Virus record (IMG/VR): IMGVR_UViG_3300041583_000345
Span: 1 to 64,000 of that record
Reading direction: 5' to 3' (one strand)
DNA length: 64,000 nucleotides
Origin: a virus
Part shown: positions 42,601-48,252 of the stretch, in pieces
Numbering within the stretch: the first letter of the stretch is position 1
Layout: each line of letters opens with the position of its first letter
The notes under the pieces: generated by a model
The model's input: the letters and a program-made list of their open reading frames with translations, nothing else
The model's database searches: none
Told to the model about the DNA's origin: nothing
Program-made: the position numbers and the translations under genes

Positions 42601-42675
42601 TGTGGGCCGGACGAGGTTCGAACTCGCATACTTTTCGTTGCAAACGAAGTGCTAAGCCAGTTTAGCTACCGGGCC
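42601..42675 (-). tRNA. tRNA-Ala(TGC) lacking G3:U70
   Basis: CTTCG-TTTGCAA-CGAAA; acceptor GGCCCGG/CCGGCCC gives C3:C70. Confidence 0.85.
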
Positions 42676-42875
42676 AAATTATTAAAAACTCTTTGTACAA
42701 ATTTCAGTGTAATATCACGCTCTTAACGCTATGAACCTAATCACCAATACCTTTACAATAAACACAACTGCTGATACAGTCTATAGCTATCCACTTTCAA
42801 TTGTGGTCTTTCTCGCCTTTTCTATCAGGGAATGCTTTCACTATGTCTATCTTTAAGCAAAGAATTTTTAATAAA

Positions 42876-42949
42876 AGTACTCCTGGAGGGTATCGATCCC
42901 TCTACTCTACCGTGAAAGGGTAGTGACTTAGCCAGTTGTCGACAGGAGC
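42876..42949 (-). tRNA. tRNA-Glu(TTC)
   Basis: CTACC-CTTTCAC-GGTAG; T-loop ATCGATA. Confidence 0.9.
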
Positions 42950-43100
42950 ATTTGTAACTTTTGTAATATTCCCAGAGTTACCAACTGTACCAACCTACGA
43001 TTTGGAGAGCATCCACGCCTATATGAGTGTACCCGAAGGTATTTGTTATTTCAACTCATATCTGTAATCTCTATCTTCGATCCCTTGTACTTCGGGCTTT

Positions 43101-43174
43101 TGAGCGAATAGAGGGAATCAGACCCTCGTCCTCTGGGTGGAAGCCAGATATAATAATCACTATACTATATTCGC
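43101..43174 (-). tRNA. tRNA-Gly(TCC)
   Basis: TCTGG-CTTCCAC-CCAGA; U73; T-loop TCTGATT. Confidence 0.88.
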
Positions 43175-43235
43175 ATTAAAAGTAAACATTGACCTCCCTC
43201 GGTGATATTATCGTTAAGCGAGGTTAATTTACTTT

Positions 43236-43309
43236 TGAGCCTCTACAAGGAATCGAACCCTGTTCCTCCGGGTACAAACCGGGCACATTACCATTTATGC
43301 TTTAGAGGC
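43236..43309 (-). tRNA. tRNA-Thr(TGT), copy 1
   Basis: CCCGG-TTTGTAC-CCGGA. Confidence 0.9.
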
Positions 43310-43507
43310 AAAATAAAATAAGTTTTTTGTACCCAATGTACATCATATCGGTATTACCCGAGGTTTGATTTTTTATTTTTTACCTCTTTGTGCACTTGGT
43401 AAAAAATATTATTCCAAACTCTACCCTCCCTAGTCTCTATTTCGAAATTCACCTAGCTATCTGGGATTTATATACCGAGGGGTTATACCTCAGTCTTCAC
43501 TTACTTT

Positions 43508-43581
43508 TGAGCCTCTACAAGGAATCGAACCCTGTTCCTCCGGGTACAAACCGGGCACATTACCATTTATGCTTTAGAGGC
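43508..43581 (-). tRNA. tRNA-Thr(TGT), copy 2 (identical)
   Basis: Exact repeat of 43236-43309, 272 bp away. Confidence 0.9.
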
Positions 43582-43645
43582 AGTTAAGTTAGAATGGTGA
43601 TTTGAATACCTTTTAAGTTCTCCTTCGAACGTCTAACTTATATTT

Positions 43646-43800
43646 TGTAGCCCTAGTTGGAATCGAACCAACCTTTGATAAGTTACTTACTCTAATGTTT
43701 TAACTTTTCTCTTCAAACTAGTATAAGAAGTGTTAAACCAAAAGCCGTAACGTTATCCCACTGATAGTAGTAGGAGCGATCCACTACTATATATAGGACC
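43646..43800 (-). ncRNA. tRNA-like RNA 2 (acceptor stem and T-arm closing a 125-nt structured insert)
   Basis: GGTCCTA/TAGGGCT, GTTGG-TTCGATT-CCAAC, 3' ACA. Confidence 0.7.
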
Positions 43801-43810
43801 ATTTTAATTT

Positions 43811-43915
43811 TGTAGCTATGTTAGGATTCGAACCTAATCCGGCTTTACAATTCTAAGTGAACTTATCGTTAAACTTAACCCTGGAGAGGTGCTATCAACT
43901 AATGATTTCACAGCT
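43811..43915 (-). ncRNA. tRNA-like RNA 3
   Basis: AGCTGTG/CATAGCT, TTAGG-TTCGAAT-CCTAA, 3' ACA; no canonical anticodon arm. Confidence 0.7.
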
Positions 43916-43922
43916 ATAATTT

Positions 43923-43997
43923 TGTACTCGTGGCAGGACTCGAACCTGCAAAAGACCGTTTCTAAGACGGCCGTGTATACCATTCCACCACACGAGC
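43923..43997 (-). tRNA. tRNA-Leu(TAG), short variable loop
   Basis: GCCGT-CTTAGAA-ACGGT; 5-nt variable loop. Confidence 0.9.
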
Positions 43998-44000
43998 AAT

Positions 44001-44069
44001 TTATCCAATATGTCAATGAACCTATCTTTATTATATATAAATATACGAACTATTTACTGTATATCCTAA
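44001..44069 (-). promoter_or_regulatory. internal tRNA-array promoter (TTAG-N16-TTCGTATATTTA) with boxA-like leader GTTCATTGACATATTGGATAA
   Basis: Same arrangement as 47689-47760. Confidence 0.75.
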
Positions 44070-44087
44070 TTTTTTTATGTTTATTTT

Positions 44088-44159
44088 TGAGAGTAAGGTA
44101 GGAATCGAACCTACTCTGTTGGTTTTGCAAACCAACTGTTCTCCAAGAACAACTCACTC
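44088..44159 (-). tRNA. tRNA-Cys(GCA)
   Basis: TTGGT-TTGCAAA-ACCAA; U73. Confidence 0.88.
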
Positions 44160-44165
44160 ATTTAC

Positions 44166-44675
44166 CTAGAATAATAGGTAAGGTTTCCACTCTTCAGGTA
44201 TAAAACTTGTTTTCTTTAATAACATTAAGTAGTGTGGTCTTTTTGGTTTAGGTATTTCCCTACCGTATTCTTTTAATGTTAAATTTGCTTTTTCGTTATT
44301 ACAAATTTTACAAGCAGTTACTAAGTTATCCCAAGTGTTTGGTCCTCCTTTTGATTGTGGTACTACGTGATCTAATGTAAGTGTTTTTCTGTTATTACAA
44401 CCGCAGTATACGCATTCATGTCCATCTCTTTTAAATACATTATCTCTTGTTAGAGCTACTTTCTGGTATTCTAGTTTTACATAAGTGTAGACTCTAATAA
44501 CAGATGGTTTAAAAATTTCTAGTTTGGGGTTTACAACTCCAAATGTTTCGGGGTGTTCAACTACTACATCAGCATTACCTTTATACGAAATCACGAAAGC
44601 TCTTTCGGTAGTAATGATGCTTCTTGCAATGTAGCTTGAATCAACCACTAATGTTTTGTCATAACGATTTTTCAT
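44166..44675 (-). CDS. HNH endonuclease (McrA-like)
   Basis: RDGHECVYCG...TLDHVVPQSKGGPNTWDNLVTACKICN. Confidence 0.92.
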   Translation of the reverse strand: MKNRYDKTLVVDSSYIARSIITTERAFVISYKGNADVVVEHPETFGVVNPKLEIFKPSVIRVYTYVKLEYQKVALTRDNVFKRDGHECVYCGCNNRKTLTLDHVVPQSKGGPNTWDNLVTACKICNNEKANLTLKEYGREIPKPKRPHYLMLLKKTSFIPEEWKPYLLF

Positions 44676-44698
44676 GAGTTAATAATTAAGTTAATGTT

Positions 44699-44769
44699 TG
44701 CGCAACCCCAAGGAATCGAACCTTGTCCTATAGTTTTGGAGACTATTTGGCTACCTTAGCCCGAGAAGC
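44699..44769 (-). tRNA. tRNA-Trp(CCA)
   Basis: ATAGT-CTCCAAA-ACTAT; two U-U pairs in acceptor stem. Confidence 0.85.
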
Positions 44770-44777
44770 ATTTTGTT

Positions 44778-44851
44778 TGAACCTCCACCAAGAATCGAAC
44801 TTGGATCTAAACTTTAGAAGAGTTTTGTTATGTCCATTTAACTATGGAGGT
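44778..44851 (-). tRNA. tRNA-Arg(TCT)
   Basis: AAACT-CTTCTAA-AGTTT. Confidence 0.9.
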
Positions 44852-44854
44852 AGT

Positions 44855-44928
44855 TGAGGCTTTAGAGAGATTCGAACTCCCATTTTTCGGTTCGTAGCCG
44901 AAGGTTCTGTCCATTGAACTATAAAGCC
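44855..44928 (-). tRNA. tRNA-Arg(ACG)
   Basis: TTCGG-CTACGAA-CCGAA. Confidence 0.92.
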
Positions 44929-44931
44929 ATT

Positions 44932-45006
44932 TGTACCCATAGTAGGATTCGAACCTACAGCTTACAGGGCTTAAACCTGTTGTGTTTACCGTTTCACCAT
45001 ATGGGC
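44932..45006 (-). tRNA. tRNA-Leu(TAA), short variable loop
   Basis: ACAGG-TTTAAGC-CCTGT; 5-nt variable loop. Confidence 0.9.
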
Positions 45007-45666
45007 ATTTTTTTTCATTTCACGAGTCTTCCTAAGACTTTCTCTTATCTTTTTTTTAGTTTCCTCACTCCTTGGTTTTCCGTATTGTGAGTTTTTATTC
45101 CCACACCCCTGTCCTATTTTAGCTTTTTTCATCTTAAGTATAGTCTCTTTCGAGTGTTTTTTTCCTAGAAAAGAGTTATGAATATGTCCGCTTTTTTTTA
45201 GACCTCTTTTTATTTTTTTAGAGATAGTGTCTTTGTCCTGCTGTGTTAGATTTTTTACCCACTCTTTTTTTGTATCTTTAAGTTTTAGTATATATGCCTC
45301 TCTCCAATCTACGTCCTGTTGTAATTTCTGTTTTCTAATCTCATTTGCACACCTAGAAGTTTCTATACTAAATCCATTTCCTCCTGTTATTAAGTTTAAG
45401 CAGTTTACACTGTTTAGATCCTGTTCTGTTATTAACTGCATTTCAGCTTGAACTAGGTCTTCTCTTGAATTAAAATACTTAATTATCTCAACCTTAAAAT
45501 TGTCTCTACCGTACTTAGTTACTTCGTAGCGTAGTCTTGTACCGCTTCCTAAATATCCGTCATCGATACGGTTAGTTGAATGCATTCCTAGGTAATATCT
45601 ACTGTTTATTATATTTGTTGTTTTATAAGTAAAGTGGTATTTCTTCTTTTTTGAATAGTTAGCCAT
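44986..45666 (-). mobile_element. GIY-YIG (Seg-like) homing endonuclease with NUMOD3 motifs
   Basis: FTYKTTN...YYLGMHST...YLGSG; FLGKKHSKET and YGKPRSEETKKKI. Confidence 0.88.
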
Positions 45667-45711
45667 TTATGTTTGTTTATTATAAATAGCTAACTGTTTC
45701 AAAAAGTATAC

Positions 45712-45785
45712 TGGGTGTAAGGAAGGTATCGATCCTTCGTCTTTTGATTCACAGTCAAACATTCTACCATTGAACTACAAACACC
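45712..45785 (-). tRNA. tRNA-His(GTG)
   Basis: TTTGA-CTGTGAA-TCAAA; G-1:C73; T-loop ATCGATA. Confidence 0.9.
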
Positions 45786-45903
45786 ATGTTTGTAAGGCTC
45801 CCACTTTCCTTACTTGTCAGTCTATAGTTGTCTCTTACGAGGTGCGGGTGACTGAATTATCCTCCACATATTTCTATGTTTGAACCCGAGCGGTTTTAAA
45901 TAT

Positions 45904-45977
45904 AGTACCAATAGATGGAATTGAACCATCAACCTACTCCGTATGAAAGAGCCGCTCTACCATTGAGCTATATTGGT
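45904..45977 (-). tRNA. tRNA-Met(CAT)
   Basis: GCTCT-TTCATAC-GGAGT. Confidence 0.85.
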
Positions 45978-45981
45978 ATTT

Positions 45982-46069
45982 TGAGGAAGAAATCGGAATC
46001 GAACCGAATGCCTTTTACAGCACGATTATCTTAGCAGGATACCCTAATCACCATCATAGTTTATCTTCC
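45982..46069 (-). tRNA. tRNA-Ser(GCT)
   Basis: TATC-CTGCTAA-GATA; long variable arm. Confidence 0.88.
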
Positions 46070-46072
46070 TTT

Positions 46073-46148
46073 TGTCGATCTAGCAGGATTTGAACCTGCG
46101 GCTTATTCGGTATCAGCGAATTACTCTACCGGGCTGAGTTATAGATCG
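46073..46148 (-). tRNA. tRNA-Ile(GAT)
   Basis: ATTCG-CTGATAC-CGAAT. Confidence 0.92.
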
Positions 46149-46278
46149 AAGTTGATTACAACCTGACTCCTTTCGAACTTTGAGAAACTCGTATCATTCA
46201 ATTTTTGTAATCAATCCTGTATGAAGAGTTTTTAATACGATCACTAGAACTCAAGGGCAGGACTTCCTATAAACTAAT

Positions 46279-46355
46279 TGGAGGGTTGGGTGGGGGTCGA
46301 ACCCACGGAATCTTTTACTTAACAGGCAAATGCTTTACCACTTAGCTACCAACCC
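46279..46355 (-). tRNA. tRNA-Asn(GTT)
   Basis: TTTGC-CTGTTAA-GTAAA; encoded CCA. Confidence 0.92.
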
Positions 46356-46441
46356 TGAATTTAGTCTCTCCTAATAGTCACCCCTCTATAAGCTTCTCAG
46401 TTATGGTTCTGTGGGGTAGAAGCAACTAACTACGATGTAGT

Positions 46442-46522
46442 TGTTACGATTAAAGGACTCGAACCTTCATTGGGTATATCTACCGGTACTGCCAATGGAA
46501 CAGTCAACGCACCTGCATCGTA
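46442..46522 (-). ncRNA. tRNA-like RNA 4
   Basis: TACGAT/ATCGTA stem, GAAGG-TTCGAGT-CCTTT, 3' ACA; CATTGG/CCAATG arm with 18-nt loop in place of an anticodon loop. Confidence 0.65.
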
Positions 46523-46528
46523 ATATGA

Positions 46529-46604
46529 TGGTGGAATCTGAAGGAATCGAACCTTCTCCTTTAGTTCTTCAGACTAGCGTGCGAACCATCTACACAAAAA
46601 TTCC
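46529..46604 (-). tRNA. tRNA-Phe(GAA)
   Basis: CTAGT-CTGAAGA-ACTAA; encoded CCA. Confidence 0.9.
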
Positions 46605-46750
46605 ATATCCCTTCGTTGCTACTTACACTTTCTAGCTAGTGTGCTTTCACCCTTTCCCGTTTATTTTATATCGTCGTACTAATGGGGCTTACGCCACGAT
46701 ATTGGTTTGGCTTTTTTCCTGTTTCTTTCTTTCAGTAGCCTTCTGCCCGG

Positions 46751-46831
46751 TGGGGCAAGGTGGATTCGAACCACTCCCTTGCGGACGAGATTTACAGTCT
46801 CGCTGCCGTATCCGAACGACTTTCTCTCCCC
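46751..46831 (-). tRNA. tRNA-Tyr(GTA)
   Basis: CGAGA-CTGTAAA-TCTCG; variable arm CC-GCAA-GG. Confidence 0.88.
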
Positions 46832-46835
46832 TTTG

Positions 46836-46925
46836 ATTTTGTAATAGGACTTGAACCTATACGAAGACCTTGCGGTTACTTCAACCCTTGGAATGGGTCG
46901 TGTATCCCAATTTCACCACACAAAA
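46836..46925 (-). tRNA. atypical class II tRNA: Leu-like body, TCC (Gly) anticodon
   Basis: D arm GTG-AAATTGGGATA-CAC, GACCC-ATTCCAA-GGGTT, 20-nt variable arm, U73. Confidence 0.7.
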
Positions 46926-47022
46926 CAACTATCTTTAAGAAGACTGTAATCTCCAAATAAATAGACTAGTAAATGCAATTAACGATATTACAGTACCGTA
47001 TTTATATACACCCAACTAATTT

Positions 47023-47095
47023 TGTACCTCGTAGTGGAATCGAACCACTGCCAATTGCATGTAAAACAATTACGCTTCCATTACGCCAACGAGGC
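47023..47095 (-). tRNA. tRNA-Val(TAC)
   Basis: ATTGT-TTTACAT-GCAAT. Confidence 0.9.
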
Positions 47096-47152
47096 AAATT
47101 TAATTCTAAGCTTCGGACTTGATTCCTTCTATGAATTAATAACAGTCTCTTT

Positions 47153-47225
47153 TGTGCCCCTTGTAGGTAACGATCCTACTTCCCGATATTAAAAGTATCG
47201 TGCTTCACCTTAAAGCTTAAAGGGC
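47153..47225 (-). tRNA. tRNA-Lys(TTT)
   Basis: CGATA-CTTTTAA-TATCG; T-loop ATCGTTA. Confidence 0.9.
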
Positions 47226-47282
47226 AATTCCGCATTTCTAAGATAGGTGGCATTTTTACACAGCCAGCGGACCTATTTGTGG

Positions 47283-47357
47283 TGGTCGGGTAGAGAAGAG
47301 TTGAACTTCCCGCCTCTCGCTTCCAAAGCGAGCTTCTCACCCCGAGAATACTACCCG
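47283..47357 (-). tRNA. tRNA-Pro(TGG)
   Basis: CTCGC-TTTGGAA-GCGAG; encoded CCA. Confidence 0.92.
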
Positions 47358-47426
47358 TATTAATCTACTTTTACCCTGGCTATATATGGCATTTCATATC
47401 TTTTACCCAGGCTATTTTGTAGATTA

Positions 47427-47500
47427 TGTTAGTATACCAAGATTCGAACTTGGGCTATTTGATTCAAAGTCAAATGTGTTAACCGCTACACTATATACTA
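47427..47500 (-). tRNA. tRNA-Gln(TTG)
   Basis: TTTGA-CTTTGAA-TCAAA; U1:A72. Confidence 0.92.
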
Positions 47501-47596
47501 ATTTAAAAACTACTTACACCTAATAAAGAAATCTCATCTTTTCTTCGCCCAGGGACGAATTAGTTTCATTGACTTAGGCGAATTACAGTAGTTTTT

Positions 47597-47687
47597 TGAG
47601 GAAGGTGTGGGATTCGAACCCACGGGTGCTTTAACACACCTCCAGTTTTCAAGACTGGTGCAATTAGCCGGACTCTGCCAACCTTCC
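47597..47687 (-). tRNA. tRNA-Ser(TGA)
   Basis: CCAGT-CTTGAAA-ACTGG; long variable arm. Confidence 0.93.
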
Positions 47688-47688
47688 T

Positions 47689-47760
47689 TATTATCCAATA
47701 TGTCAATGAACTTTAATTTCTTATAATGTAAATATACGAACTATATTTCACACCTCCTAA
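47689..47760 (-). promoter_or_regulatory. tRNA-array promoter (TTAG-N16-TTCGTATATTTA) with boxA-like leader; near-duplicate promoter at 47921-47952
   Basis: Seen directly; the -33 hexamer differs from the GTTG class but the 16-nt spacing is the same. Confidence 0.75.
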
Positions 47761-47973
47761 TCTTTTATGTCAAGTTTTTAACTTCTTTTTTTAGCCTTTC
47801 ATGATAGGTTTTGTTTTTTTCGATAAAATATGTTTCCATGTCTCTACCTTTCCATCTTTCAGCTAACATTTTAAATACTTTAGTGTCTTTAAATTTTACC
47901 ATATCTTTAATTTCAATACGTAAATATACGAACTATATTTCACATCTCCTAATTTTTTTACACTTACTTTAAT

Positions 47974-48004
47974 AAAAAAACCCGAATCTTTTGGATCCGG
48001 GTTT
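47974..48004 (-). terminator. intrinsic terminator downstream of the leader ORF
   Basis: AAACCCGGATC-CAAAA-GATTCGGGTTT (11 bp) followed by a U tract. Confidence 0.88.
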
Positions 48005-48031
48005 AGTTTTGGTTTGATATGTTTTATTCTA

Positions 48032-48184
48032 TCAACTTATACTATTCCCGGATATGTATCTCGGCTGCTTATATTCATTATTGGCTAACATAAAATCTGT
48101 AATATCGCCACATACTGAACTCGCCCATATAATGGACTGTATCACTGTTTGTAAGAGTGAGTGTATGTTTGTAATAGTTTTCAT
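48032..48184 (-). CDS. 50-aa leader peptide, candidate attenuator
   Basis: MKTITNIHSLLQTVIQSIIWASSVCGDITDFMLANNEYKQPRYISGNSIS; own promoter at 48204-48236; ATCCGGG in codons 44-46 pairs with the terminator 5' arm. Confidence 0.75.
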   Translation of the reverse strand: MKTITNIHSLLQTVIQSIIWASSVCGDITDFMLANNEYKQPRYISGNSIS

Positions 48185-48252
48185 TGTTTCTTTTTATCTT
48201 TAATAAATATACGAACTTTATCTTTTCAGTCCAACTTTATTTTAAATGTTTT

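Noticed and set aside
42681-42872. 6S RNA (similar length, closing stem)
   Set aside because: The interior looks multibranched, not a rod with a central bubble; kept only as an unnamed stem-closed spacer
43646-43800. tmRNA
   Set aside because: Only 155 nt, U3:G70 rather than G3:U70, and no tag reading frame evident
43021-46423. Calling the pseudoknots active theta/HDV-like ribozymes
   Set aside because: The required L3 consensus, P1.1 GG and catalytic C are missing; reported only as candidates
46945-47010. Possible 26-aa hydrophobic peptide (TTG start) between tRNA-Val and the atypical tRNA
   Set aside because: No good start context and it coincides with an 8-bp inverted repeat, so an RNA stem is the simpler reading
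41939-47687. Stop-codon reassignment or suppressor tRNA
   Set aside because: No CTA/TTA/TCA anticodon tRNA found and conserved genes are full length under the standard bacterial code
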